Source: a virus (lineage: Duplodnaviria; Caudoviricetes). From it: a stretch of DNA of 56,674 nucleotides. Location of the stretch: positions 1 to 56,674 of the IMG/VR virus record IMGVR_UViG_3300037826_000110, one strand, 5' to 3'. The notes under the pieces are model-generated. The model worked only from the letters and a program-made list of their open reading frames with translations. It made no database searches and was not told where the DNA came from. Both the position numbers and the translations under genes were made by a program. Position 1 is the first letter of the stretch, and each line of letters starts with the position of its first letter. Below are positions 28,132-37,185 of this stretch, one piece after another.

Positions 28132-28552
28132 CTGCGTAAATCGAAGGGCCTTCTACTAGGAGATCTCCGATCTCGTCATATTCCCGCCGCGGCTTGATGC
28201 CAAACTGGTACACCGCCTGTGACCCGGCCCACAGGAGAAAGCCTTGGGCCAGGGCGGCCCAGTAGGGCTGAATGGCCGTCCATAGATCTGGGGGCGTCAA
28301 TTGCAAGGCCGTCTCAGCCAGAACCGGCAAGGCAATACTGAGAATAAGAATAGTCCAATACTTGGTCTGTGAATCCAAGTTCTTGAACCACGTCATTTTC
28401 TGAAATAAGAATGCGATCACGGCTCCAGCACCCAGGCCACTGGCTACCCAATTGAGCACCGAAACGGGATCGGTAGCATCAGGTGCGGCACCCTGCGCAC
28501 AAACCGGAATCGCGATCAACGACAAAACCAACGCCAACAGTAAAGAGCGCAT
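28109..28552 (-). CDS. Putative holin
   Basis: 3-4 hydrophobic segments, directly upstream of the endolysin. Confidence 0.65.
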   Translation of the reverse strand: MRSLLLALVLSLIAIPVCAQGAAPDATDPVSVLNWVASGLGAGAVIAFLFQKMTWFKNLDSQTKYWTILILSIALPVLAETALQLTPPDLWTAIQPYWAALAQGFLLWAGSQAVYQFGIKPRREYDEIGDLLVEGPSIYAGDDDGGL

Positions 28553-28569
28553 CTCAAACCTCCCATGAT

Positions 28570-28589
28570 ATTATTTCCCAGGAAATAAT
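28570..28589. promoter_or_regulatory. NBS-like palindrome 4
   Basis: ATTATTTCCCAGGAAATAAT, before the holin gene. Confidence 0.85.
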
Positions 28590-28607
28590 TTTCCTGAGTC
28601 TGACAAC

Positions 28608-28661
28608 AAAAACGGGGCAGGCGGCTATAAGCCACCCGCCCCGGAATATTTCTCGCTGGGC
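28608..28661 (-). terminator. Late-leader conserved motif plus intrinsic terminator (copy 3)
   Basis: GCCCAGCGAGA...TTCCGGGGCGGG/CCTGCCCCG-TTTTT. Confidence 0.75.
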
Positions 28662-28678
28662 GTGAAACGAAAGCTATG

Positions 28679-28900
28679 CTATGACTGATTTACAGTGAGA
28701 CCCATCGGTTCAACTAAGTTGCGCTCGAAGTCTATAGATTGCGTTGGTAGGATTTGCTTGATCTTACCGTTGTGGATCACAATCCGCAACTCGCCGTAGC
28801 CGGTCCCCTGCATTATGCTTTTGGTATACTCCCAAAGTGCTTTGAGGTATACCGAGCGCCAAGAACTGCCTTCGTCGTTGCATTGTTCATTTTCTTTCAT
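28679..28900 (-). CDS. DUF2292/YezD-like small protein, putative regulator
   Basis: GYGELRIVIHNGKI motif. Confidence 0.65.
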   Translation of the reverse strand: MKENEQCNDEGSSWRSVYLKALWEYTKSIMQGTGYGELRIVIHNGKIKQILPTQSIDFERNLVEPMGLTVNQS

Positions 28901-28906
28901 ACCTCC

Positions 28907-28935
28907 ATTATACAGAACATCTGTTCGATAGGCAA
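28907..28935 (-). promoter_or_regulatory. Sigma70 promoter with a perfect LexA box in the spacer
   Basis: TTGCCT-17-TATAAT; GAACATCTGTTC at 28915-28926. Confidence 0.8.
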
Positions 28936-28957
28936 ATTTTACCCATCAAACGCAGCT

Positions 28958-29257
28958 CTAACCCGCCCCCGCGCATTGTCTTAAGGCTATCCGCAAGCGT
29001 TGATTCTCGCGCCAAAGTTCATCAACGCGATCACGGAGCACATCCACTTCGCCCAACTCCTCAAACTGCTCGCGCATCTCCCAGTCCTGCCCTCGCCACA
29101 CCCAATAGTGATCGTCAGATATGGCTTCTATCCCCCAGGTCTTCCCGTGTTTTTCTGTACGTTTTGGTTTGCCAACACTAACCATTGAGAAAACTATACC
29201 CGTTTCACGATGTCTCAAGTAATCAGCGTTTTCTAAATCATATGGATATTCACCCAT
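28958..29257 (-). CDS. Hypothetical protein
   Basis: GGAGG SD, 99 aa. Confidence 0.65.
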   Translation of the reverse strand: MGEYPYDLENADYLRHRETGIVFSMVSVGKPKRTEKHGKTWGIEAISDDHYWVWRGQDWEMREQFEELGEVDVLRDRVDELWRENQRLRIALRQCAGAG

Positions 29258-29277
29258 TTTAAACCTCCTTGCGTAAT

Positions 29278-30036
29278 TTAAGTTGTTATCCCAATACTTC
29301 GCGCACTGCCCGCCATCAAATCCAGATACGTCGCGTAGATATCCAGGTCGTGCGACATCACCAAGCGATACACGTACTGCGCGGCATACGTAGCCACCGC
29401 CTGATTGATCATCAAGCTCTGCGCATCCCGTATAGTCAGCTCCGCGCAGGACTCGGCCTCCGTCGCTGGCTGATCGGGAACCAAGAGCTCCGGATGCTGC
29501 ACGGTGGGGAGGGGAAGATCCAGACAGTGCCCGGCCTCGATGCTGGGCAATTTGCTGTTGGTCGTGTTCCCCAGTAGGACCTGACCGCTGGCCTCGTGGT
29601 TACCGCAGTCCAACCACCAGACGAGCCGCGAGGAATCGACGATGGCCTCGTGAATGGCCTTCCGGGCGGCAGCGTTATCCACCGCGCCCACGACCAGCGT
29701 GAACTGGTGACGCTTGGCGGTGATAAAGTCTGACTGGAATTTCTGCGGACGACACTGAATCCGCAGGCCGAAAGCCGTGCTGTACCGGCGTGTCAATGCG
29801 ACGGCCTTGTTACGTCCTATCTCGGCGGGGGCGAAGTTCTGCCGTCCGATGTTCTTTTCCTCCACGACGTCGGGATCGCAGAAGGACAACCGAACGTCTT
29901 TGCCCTGCGCGTGATAGGCCAGGCGCGCTAGGTGCAAAGCCAGGAATGAGCCGGTCCCTCCGCAACCCACCAGGAGGATATTGTACGCGGCGGGATCCCC
30001 GACTAGGACAGGGTAGCGTCTCTCCGGCCTATCCAC
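29278..30036 (-). CDS. ThiF/E1-like activating enzyme (PRTRC type)
   Basis: VGCGGTGS, D.D.VE..N..RQ, NKA, GAVDN..AR, WLDCGN, SCAE catalytic Cys, QSL.IN. Confidence 0.9.
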   Translation of the reverse strand: MDRPERRYPVLVGDPAAYNILLVGCGGTGSFLALHLARLAYHAQGKDVRLSFCDPDVVEEKNIGRQNFAPAEIGRNKAVALTRRYSTAFGLRIQCRPQKFQSDFITAKRHQFTLVVGAVDNAAARKAIHEAIVDSSRLVWWLDCGNHEASGQVLLGNTTNSKLPSIEAGHCLDLPLPTVQHPELLVPDQPATEAESCAELTIRDAQSLMINQAVATYAAQYVYRLVMSHDLDIYATYLDLMAGSARSIGITT

Positions 30037-30256
30037 GCCGCGCCTCCCGCTCGGCCTGCAATCGGGCACGCTCCTGATCTACTACGCGCCATAGGTCGCG
30101 GACCTCTTTCTGCAATGCGCGCGCCTGCACGGCCAACTCGTCGAAACGCTGGCGTATCTCATCATCGCGACCGCCAAGGCGAACGACGGAGCGAATGTAA
30201 TAATCCAACGTACCCAAATCTATGTACGGATACGTGTTGTCATCTGGGTTTTGCAT
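30029..30256 (-). CDS. Hypothetical coiled-coil protein
   Basis: SD, 75 aa. Confidence 0.6.
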   Translation of the reverse strand: MQNPDDNTYPYIDLGTLDYYIRSVVRLGGRDDEIRQRFDELAVQARALQKEVRDLWRVVDQERARLQAEREARRG

Positions 30257-30264
30257 GGTTCCTC

Positions 30265-30882
30265 CTAAAACGGAATAGTGCGATTATGGACATCCTCAAA
30301 TGGCCATGCCCCGGTGAACAGTGTCTCAATAGCTACATTACCGTAGTCACCGTAGACACCCACCCGCAGACACATCTGCGGGCGCTCGTCGAAGATCCGC
30401 CCGATCACACCATAGAAACGCAAGCCTTGCTCGTCGCGGGTATCCTCGCTGGAAAAGAAAACGTTCATCTGGTGATGGCTGTGGATGTCGGCGATGATGT
30501 CCGCGTCATCGCCTCCCTCGTAGGTCAGGCGCGCACTGCCGGCCTGTTGCGACGGTCGCCACACGCTGACCAAGCCGTCACGCAGCACGAGGTGATACAG
30601 AACCTCACGCGGCCCCTCGCGGGCCACGCTGCGCGCGTTGACCAGGATCTGACGCAAGAGAATGTTTTGGATGGGGCTGAAGTCTAAGTCCACAAACGGC
30701 TCTAGCTTCGGCAGTCCAGCCACGCGACACGCCGCGACCTGAATGCAGGCGGTGAAGTGCCGCGCGCGGGCTAACTTGAAGATGCCATTGCCCGCGAGCA
30801 CGTAGGCGTAGGCTTTCCCCGACGACAAGCTCGGGGTATGGCCATTATGCATCAGATAATCTACGGGATTCGGTAACATCAT
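30265..30882 (-). CDS. JAB/MPN peptidase (PRTRC protein A-like)
   Basis: E...DIHSH...FFS..D..DE.G.R.Y.V.G, R.G.YG. Confidence 0.88.
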   Translation of the reverse strand: MMLPNPVDYLMHNGHTPSLSSGKAYAYVLAGNGIFKLARARHFTACIQVAACRVAGLPKLEPFVDLDFSPIQNILLRQILVNARSVAREGPREVLYHLVLRDGLVSVWRPSQQAGSARLTYEGGDDADIIADIHSHHQMNVFFSSEDTRDEQGLRFYGVIGRIFDERPQMCLRVGVYGDYGNVAIETLFTGAWPFEDVHNRTIPF

Positions 30883-31583
30883 GCCTCCCATAAGTGCCGA
30901 AGGGCCAGGTTACTATGTCTCAGGTCTTCAAGGGGATATTCATCCGCACCGACCACGACAGGATCGCGCCACATCGCGATGATGCTCTCCTCGTATTTCT
31001 TGGATTTGCCGTCTTCCAAGTCGTGATTGAACTGGCTAGCGAAGAACATTTCCGCAGCCTCACAAATCGTTTCCACCGTGCAAGCCGGGAACGGGACATC
31101 CCCCTGGCACACACGTCCGTCGCGCCAGATGTTTGGCGCGGGGAAATAGTACAGTGGTTCCCGTCCGGCTGCGGGGTAACGCCGGACCGCGAAGATCCTG
31201 TACGTGCGACCCTGCCCTACGAAAACGGCCGGTGGGAAGGGTACACGCATGTCCACCACTTCACCCTCATGGTACAGCTTCACCGTGCGCACCTGGGGAG
31301 GGCGATATATACCCAAACGCGGTTGTGCCCCCAGATCACAAAACAGGCAATTGCGGGGCAGCAACCCCGACACTATCGGCAGCCCGGCCATCGAGGCCGC
31401 CAGAGCATCCGGCGATACCTCGTAGCACTGCGCGACGTGCCCATGCTCAAAGCGCGTCATCACGATGGACTCGTCGTACAGGTCCAGGCGCATGCGCAGC
31501 GCCTGGCGTTGCTCTACGTCCACCCCGGTCCCTGCGAGACCCAAGGCAGATAGGTGTTCTATTTTTCCATTTTCTGGTTCCAT
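30879..31583 (-). CDS. Prokaryotic E2-like protein (PRTRC protein B-like)
   Basis: P.PP.VF, LY..P.PN....G.VC.G, FF.S.F.H. Confidence 0.85.
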   Translation of the reverse strand: MEPENGKIEHLSALGLAGTGVDVEQRQALRMRLDLYDESIVMTRFEHGHVAQCYEVSPDALAASMAGLPIVSGLLPRNCLFCDLGAQPRLGIYRPPQVRTVKLYHEGEVVDMRVPFPPAVFVGQGRTYRIFAVRRYPAAGREPLYYFPAPNIWRDGRVCQGDVPFPACTVETICEAAEMFFASQFNHDLEDGKSKKYEESIIAMWRDPVVVGADEYPLEDLRHSNLALRHLWEA

Positions 31584-31588
31584 TTTAT

Positions 31589-32473
31589 TTACTCCTCATA
31601 CGTTCGCTCTATCTGATACCGTCTGACGTCGTCAACCCACTCTTGCTCCACCAACGGCGGGGCGGGGGTACGATTGCGATAGTCCTCCTCCAGGCCGTCG
31701 AAGTAGCGCACCGCGTCCTCCACAGCGCGCCGAGGCTGTTCGTCGAAATACTCTTGCAGATCGCGACGTACAGGGACCCAGTGCTTGATCTCGCTGTAAG
31801 AGGTGGCCAAAAAGAGGATGTCGTGCAGATTGAATCTCGGCATCCCATAGTTCATACTGCCATACTCCTCAAAGTAGTAATCGCAGTAGTCAAACCACGG
31901 GTTGCCGGTTTCCTTGCGCACACACTGATACACCACGGCCAGGGCGCTGAAGGGCTGCGGCAGGGCCTCCAAATGCTCCACTGCCCATACCGCGTCGCTG
32001 GGCCAGGTGTACTGTCGCGGGGGGCGGATACCATGTGCCCCCCACCACTCTATGAGTCGCTCGCTGTACGAATCTACCCCCTCACAGACGTGGTTAATAA
32101 CGACGGCGATCATTAGGCAGGCCAGGGTGTCGAAGTTGCTGAAGTCCTCGACTTCCCACTCGATGCCCCACGCTGCGAAGGGAATCTCGTGCCAACCCTC
32201 CACCAGTGTCGGATGGTCGAACTCGCGCTCGTAGACCAGGTAATCGGCATACAAGCCGTTAAGCGGGAAGAACTCCTGATTGATACGAACCAGAAGCTCC
32301 TGCTCGGCAGCCTGCAAGCCCCCCAACACCGGGAGCTCATCGCCGAATAGCTCGCGCCACAGCTCGGCCATATTATGATACTCCTTATAGCCCCCCAGAC
32401 GGTCAGCGATCGCCCCGTAGGACGGCAGGCGATAGCGAGTCAAAGCCTGGACGACGGCTTGCAGAGAAATCAT
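31589..32473 (-). CDS. Helical acidic protein in PRTRC cassette (possible protein F equivalent)
   Basis: Position upstream of E2; FPL and TGNPW.D motifs. Confidence 0.6.
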   Translation of the reverse strand: MISLQAVVQALTRYRLPSYGAIADRLGGYKEYHNMAELWRELFGDELPVLGGLQAAEQELLVRINQEFFPLNGLYADYLVYEREFDHPTLVEGWHEIPFAAWGIEWEVEDFSNFDTLACLMIAVVINHVCEGVDSYSERLIEWWGAHGIRPPRQYTWPSDAVWAVEHLEALPQPFSALAVVYQCVRKETGNPWFDYCDYYFEEYGSMNYGMPRFNLHDILFLATSYSEIKHWVPVRRDLQEYFDEQPRRAVEDAVRYFDGLEEDYRNRTPAPPLVEQEWVDDVRRYQIERTYEE

Positions 32474-32682
32474 GCTTCGCTGTCCAGGTCGAATAGCTCT
32501 GGCTGGCCCTGCCGTCGCATGATCCAGGCTTTCGGTATCGGTTGCGTGTGCCGACACTGTGGGAAGTTAGGGCAGCCCAAAAACTGAGAGTGGTTGTGGC
32601 GGTTGGTTTTGATGAGCAAGGGGACGTTGCACTCTGGGCAACGGAGTGCGGTGGGCTGGTTGTTCTCAAATAGCGGTTCCAT
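32470..32682 (-). CDS. Topoisomerase-type C4 zinc-ribbon protein
   Basis: CPEC...L....N......FLGC.NFP.CR.T. Confidence 0.8.
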   Translation of the reverse strand: MEPLFENNQPTALRCPECNVPLLIKTNRHNHSQFLGCPNFPQCRHTQPIPKAWIMRRQGQPELFDLDSEA

Positions 32683-33145
32683 CGCCCTCTCCAAAATGCT
32701 CGGCGTGCAGGCGTGACACATCCTGCTCCAAATTGTAACGCAGATCCTCGATGCGCCGCTGACACTCATAGTCCGCATCATCGACCACGCCGGCGCGCTC
32801 CTCCAGGATTGCATACAGATTTAGGTTATAAAGCCGGCGCAAGTCCTCGTACTCTCTGAGATACAAGAGTACGTCCAACGCCTTCCCCAAAAGGGCTGAC
32901 GCATCGACCGCCAGATGCTCCACATTCGTACCGGTTCCTAGATTGGCCAAAGCCTGCATGTCCGTGATCACCTGGTTGATCACGGCCTCCGGTTCAGCCT
33001 CGGTGCTGGCGATCACCGGACCCAACGCTTCAATGGCGTGCCGTGCCATCTGCCCAATCTCTGGCGGTGGGTTGGTGGCCATAGTGATCACGGCCATTTT
33101 CTGGCTGGCCTGGCCCACAAGGTCTGAGAGCCTATGCCGATCCAT
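32666..33145 (-). CDS. Hypothetical protein
   Basis: Coupled ORF, 159 aa. Confidence 0.65.
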   Translation of the reverse strand: MDRHRLSDLVGQASQKMAVITMATNPPPEIGQMARHAIEALGPVIASTEAEPEAVINQVITDMQALANLGTGTNVEHLAVDASALLGKALDVLLYLREYEDLRRLYNLNLYAILEERAGVVDDADYECQRRIEDLRYNLEQDVSRLHAEHFGEGDGTAI

Positions 33146-33434
33146 TCAGCACCCCCAGAGCCTTCAGTAATAGCGCCTCGGCCTCGATCACGTTGGTCTC
33201 GATACACGTACCCTCGCCGTGAATCTCCATCGCCGCGAGGCCGTTCAACGCCTCGCGTACCGCAACGGTGATCTCGCCGTCGCTCATCGACGCCCGCCCG
33301 CCATTCAACAGTGGGGATAGTGACGCGGTTACGTCCGCCGCCATGCCCCACAGAATATAGCTGGGACTCACATGCAGCAGTGGCCCCACCCTTAAATTTG
33401 CTCTGATCAACAATGCCTCTACTTGTTGCTCCAT
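33132..33434 (-). CDS. Hypothetical protein
   Basis: SD, 100 aa. Confidence 0.6.
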   Translation of the reverse strand: MEQQVEALLIRANLRVGPLLHVSPSYILWGMAADVTASLSPLLNGGRASMSDGEITVAVREALNGLAAMEIHGEGTCIETNVIEAEALLLKALGVLNGSA

Positions 33435-33443
33435 AGTGTTCTC

Positions 33444-33677
33444 CTAAAATCCTTCTGGCACCCGCTTACCGGGCACCGGGTCCAAAGCTTCCAGACGCTC
33501 ACGAAACTTCTCCACGGCTTCAATATGTGCGTAGAGGTCCAGGAGCGCCCGTTCTATCTCCGCCTGGCGCTGGGCGACATCCGCCCCGGCCTCCAGGTCC
33601 AGCAGGAGCCGGACGGCGGCGAGCTCCAACGGGGGAACCTCCGCCATCCGCTCCGCAAGCTCACGCGCCGTCGTCAT
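33444..33677 (-). CDS. Hypothetical helical protein
   Basis: Start reassigned to ATG 33677, overlapping the upstream ORF end. Confidence 0.6.
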   Translation of the reverse strand: MTTARELAERMAEVPPLELAAVRLLLDLEAGADVAQRQAEIERALLDLYAHIEAVEKFRERLEALDPVPGKRVPEGF

Positions 33678-34113
33678 CCGGGATAACCGGGCCGTGCTGC
33701 TCGAGGGCCGCGACGCAGAGAGCGGCCATTTTGACAATGCGATACCGTGCTCTGCTAAGTTCTTCAGCGCCAATATCTTGTGAAGCATGCCCCCATTCCT
33801 CAGCGATATAATCCAGCCACACGCTGGGACCATGGCGTTTTCCGTCAATCTCACCGTTTAACGTCATGCGTTCTTGCACGTTGCAGATTGCCGCTAGCAC
33901 ATTGGCGCGGCTGACCAACGCACCCTTGGTCCCCGCACGCTTGACGAAGGTAACCACCTTGTTACCTTCGTCGTCCTCGCTCTCCTCGACGCTGGCGTTA
34001 GCCAGCTCCGGAAAGTATTGGCGCAGGTGATCCTGCATCTGCTGCGTTGTAAGCTCGTCTTCCTCGTCCCGATATTCATAGTCCCCGTGGGGATATTTGT
34101 AAATCGTTGCCAT
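33661..34113 (-). CDS. Ubiquitin-like protein (PRTRC protein C-like) fused to a MazG-like helical domain
   Basis: YFPELANA...V.F.KRAGTKG at residue 64, then in frame EEWG...IVKMAALCVA. Confidence 0.78.
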   Translation of the reverse strand: MATIYKYPHGDYEYRDEEDELTTQQMQDHLRQYFPELANASVEESEDDEGNKVVTFVKRAGTKGALVSRANVLAAICNVQERMTLNGEIDGKRHGPSVWLDYIAEEWGHASQDIGAEELSRARYRIVKMAALCVAALEQHGPVIPDDDGA

Positions 34114-34144
34114 CTCTCAATTCCTCCGTTGTGTGTTATGCGGA

Positions 34145-35614
34145 TCACGCCGGGGCGCGATCTTCCTCAGATTCCTGCTCAAATATATCAATGCCTATTT
34201 CCTCGCGGATCATTCTAGCCATCACCGAGGCCAGGTGCCCTAGGTCACTCTTGTCTATGGCCCCGGGCCGTCCGGGCTTTCCCACCGAGACGGTGACCGC
34301 CAGATCCTCCGGGCTTTCCCCATTCTGGGGTACGTCGATGCGGGCCGTGAGAATAATTTGCGGCTTGGGGGGAGGCGGAGGGGGCACCGCTGGCCTTGAT
34401 GATGCCGGCGGCGGCGATTGGGGCTCACTCAGCGTCCCCACCGCAACCCCACACCGCGCGTTATTCGCAATCCCCGCATCCTGCGCCGCGTCCACCGGCG
34501 CGCTGGCTATGTGCTCCGGAGCCGATAACTCATGCTCTTCCGGCTGCGGATTGCCGGCGCGTTCCCAGCAATCGGGGCAGATGTTGATGCCCGCGAAGCG
34601 GTACCAATCGCGCTCTTTGTCGTTGGCGACCTCGGTACCGCAGGCGCGGCAGCGGGTCCAGAACGTCGGGCGGTGCGTTTTCCACCCGGCGTGCTGCTCG
34701 TACATGCGCTTGGCCAACGCTGGTCCTTCGACCTGCTTCTCGAAGGTCGTGCTCTTGAGCTCAAAGCACGTCCGCCAAGAGCAGCGCAACTCCCGACCGA
34801 TCTTTGTCGCATACCGGCATCCCGCGCAGGCATGCATGATGCCGTTGCCGGGGACCTGGGGTTTCATCTCTGGCTCCCAGTCCATGGCCCACGGTGCACC
34901 ATCGAGGGAGGCCGTCTCCGTCTCGATGTGGCGCTTGACGGCCATCTCCACGTCGACCACGCTGCGCTCATGGCCCAGGAGACGCATGTACGTGGGCTTT
35001 TCCTCACCAAGGGCCACCAGGGGTAGCAGTGCCCGGGCGTGCCGTTCGCCCAGACCCCGCGCCACCTCATCCTGGATGAAGTCGGGGAGTTGCAGGAGGC
35101 GCAGTTTGTTGGCTACGGTGCTCTGACTGAGGCCCCAGCGGTTGCCGATCTCCGCCTGGGTCCAGCCAAATTTTTCCCCCGCCATCTGCATCATGCGCGC
35201 CTGCTCGATAGCGTTGTTGTCCTCGCGCTCTTGATTTTCCTGGAAGGCGATGTCGGCCATGGCCTCGTCGTCCAGTGCCTTGAGGTCGACGGGGAACGTG
35301 GCGTATGTGGTGTCGCTCTGCGCGCTGAAGGTCTCGTGAATCAGTCGGAAGGCGCGCAGACGCCGATGGCCGGCGGCCAGTTGGATCTCCAGCCCTTCAC
35401 GACGGCCGTCCTCGATCCGCGCCACGGCCTCGGCGGGATCCAGGACCTCGCCGTTCAATAGCGCCCGCGCCGGGGGGACGTGGATTAGGCCGCTGGTTTC
35501 GGGAAGCTCGTGGCGCATTTGTAAAATTGAGTTCTCCAGGTCGGCGGTGTAGTACTTCATCCGCGCCTGGAATGGATTGTCACTGATCATCTTATTTGCT
35601 ACTCTGGTAATCAT
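34145..35614 (-). CDS. ParB-family CTPase with Noc-type HTH and Cys-rich C-terminal domains (PRTRC ParB)
   Basis: NPFQAR, AGHRRLRA, EN..RED, GLSQSTVANKLRLLQLP...ERHARALLPL. Confidence 0.88.
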   Translation of the reverse strand: MITRVANKMISDNPFQARMKYYTADLENSILQMRHELPETSGLIHVPPARALLNGEVLDPAEAVARIEDGRREGLEIQLAAGHRRLRAFRLIHETFSAQSDTTYATFPVDLKALDDEAMADIAFQENQEREDNNAIEQARMMQMAGEKFGWTQAEIGNRWGLSQSTVANKLRLLQLPDFIQDEVARGLGERHARALLPLVALGEEKPTYMRLLGHERSVVDVEMAVKRHIETETASLDGAPWAMDWEPEMKPQVPGNGIMHACAGCRYATKIGRELRCSWRTCFELKSTTFEKQVEGPALAKRMYEQHAGWKTHRPTFWTRCRACGTEVANDKERDWYRFAGINICPDCWERAGNPQPEEHELSAPEHIASAPVDAAQDAGIANNARCGVAVGTLSEPQSPPPASSRPAVPPPPPPKPQIILTARIDVPQNGESPEDLAVTVSVGKPGRPGAIDKSDLGHLASVMARMIREEIGIDIFEQESEEDRAPA

Positions 35615-35633
35615 CGGTTTTGCCTCCTCTGGG

Positions 35634-35655
35634 AATTATTTCCCAGGAAATAATT
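35634..35655. promoter_or_regulatory. NBS-like palindrome 5
   Basis: AATTATTTCCCAGGAAATAATT, immediately upstream of the Noc-like parB. Confidence 0.85.
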
Positions 35656-35657
35656 GA

Positions 35658-35963
35658 CTATTGAGTTACGTCTTCGGCGAACAAATGCCGCAATAACAAG
35701 ACGGCGTTGCGACCGCTGGGTGTCTGCGGCCACACGCCGTCTTTAAGATAAGCCCGCCATTCCTCGATATGGGCGATGATAAGCTGGCGGTATACCTGGC
35801 GGGAGTAATCGGGTAACTCGGCCAGGATGCGGTCATAGCGTTCCAGGGCGGCTTGGGACTCAGCGTCCTGAGGTGCGAAGGGCTGGCGCGGGTCGTGGAG
35901 CACAGTGGGGTGGTTGCTCAGGGCGGTCATAAGGGGCTTTTGTTTGGATGTGCGTTGGGTCAT
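35658..35963 (-). CDS. Hypothetical protein
   Basis: Coupled ORF. Confidence 0.6.
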   Translation of the reverse strand: MTQRTSKQKPLMTALSNHPTVLHDPRQPFAPQDAESQAALERYDRILAELPDYSRQVYRQLIIAHIEEWRAYLKDGVWPQTPSGRNAVLLLRHLFAEDVTQ

Positions 35964-36421
35964 TCCTCAAAGCCCTCGAAGCGTTGCTTGTTCTGACACC
36001 ACCACTCATAGAAGTCCGTCTGCGCATACTCTCCGCTCGCGGGGAGAATGTTATAGCCCACGCCGTACCGCCCGTCGCGAATCACATACCCCCACTCCTC
36101 AAGTTCACGCTTGATATGCTGAAGCTCCTCGGAAACATACGCCTGTAACACCGGCGTTATTTCCCTGATCGGCGTATCAAACTCCAGCATCAACTCATTA
36201 AAGATAGATATGTCCGCCACGGTATAATGATGATTCCACCAGAAGATCGCTTCACGGCCATCCTCACGACTCACCGTCTGCACATCGATGTCGGCGTCGT
36301 AGTGGTCCCATCCGCGAAACCGCACAGCAACCCGCATCGTTACTGGGTTTTCCTGCGTGGACGGCGCCGCCTCGCGCAGTAACTGTCCCAAACTCTCAAC
36401 TAACACTACCAACATTGTCAC
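35960..36421 (-). CDS. Hypothetical protein
   Basis: SD, 153 aa. Confidence 0.65.
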   Translation of the reverse strand: MTMLVVLVESLGQLLREAAPSTQENPVTMRVAVRFRGWDHYDADIDVQTVSREDGREAIFWWNHHYTVADISIFNELMLEFDTPIREITPVLQAYVSEELQHIKRELEEWGYVIRDGRYGVGYNILPASGEYAQTDFYEWWCQNKQRFEGFEE

Positions 36422-36429
36422 TTCTCCTT

Positions 36430-37176
36430 CTAGGTCCGCACCTGCGCGCGGACAAACTTCAACAGTTTCCCGAATTCCTGCGTCTGCTTGGCTTGCGCCA
36501 ACAGCGCCTGAAACTCATCCATCTTCCGCACCGCCTGCTCGCTGATCTTGCCGTCGTCGCGCAGGCCGTAAAACTCCTTCCAAAAATCGCTGGGGCTTAC
36601 GGTGCCGTCGGCTGCCTCCGCGGCCCCTTCCTCCGGCGCCCCAAAATACTCCTCCAGGTCCTGCTCCGGCGAGGTCTCCTCAGCAGTCGTGGACATCGTA
36701 TCCATGACTGTTGACTCAGACGACTGACCACCGTTCACCGGCGTGGCCTCCACCACATCCCCCAGGCCCTCGGTGGTGACCGCATAACCCTCGGCGGGCT
36801 CCACCCACAGCACGTCACGATACGGGTTACCCTCTTTGTTCTTCTTCTCGGAGAACCCGTACACGCAGAAGAAGCGGGTCGGCAGCATCTCCTCTACGGG
36901 TAGTTGGTCAAAGTCCGCGATCCCGGCCTCGGCCAGGTCCGCGACGTCGAACAGCTTCGTGGACTCATACTGACAGCCACGGAAGAACAGCCGCACCCAG
37001 CCCTCTGGGGTAACTTGCATCTTGGTCACCAGGGCTCTGTGCTGCCCCTGGCCCAGCGGCCGCAGGGCACGCGGTCCCTGCGGCGCCGTCCGCGTCAACG
37101 CCTGCTGTTGGAGGCAGGCGGCGATAAGGCGGAGGTTTCGGTTCATCTCCTTCAATTGCTCTAAAATTGCTTCCAT
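36430..37176 (-). CDS. Hypothetical protein, possibly OB-fold/ssDNA-binding
   Basis: Beta-rich core ending KEGNPYRDV, followed by an acidic linker. Confidence 0.55.
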   Translation of the reverse strand: MEAILEQLKEMNRNLRLIAACLQQQALTRTAPQGPRALRPLGQGQHRALVTKMQVTPEGWVRLFFRGCQYESTKLFDVADLAEAGIADFDQLPVEEMLPTRFFCVYGFSEKKNKEGNPYRDVLWVEPAEGYAVTTEGLGDVVEATPVNGGQSSESTVMDTMSTTAEETSPEQDLEEYFGAPEEGAAEAADGTVSPSDFWKEFYGLRDDGKISEQAVRKMDEFQALLAQAKQTQEFGKLLKFVRAQVRT

Positions 37177-37185
37177 CGTTCACTC

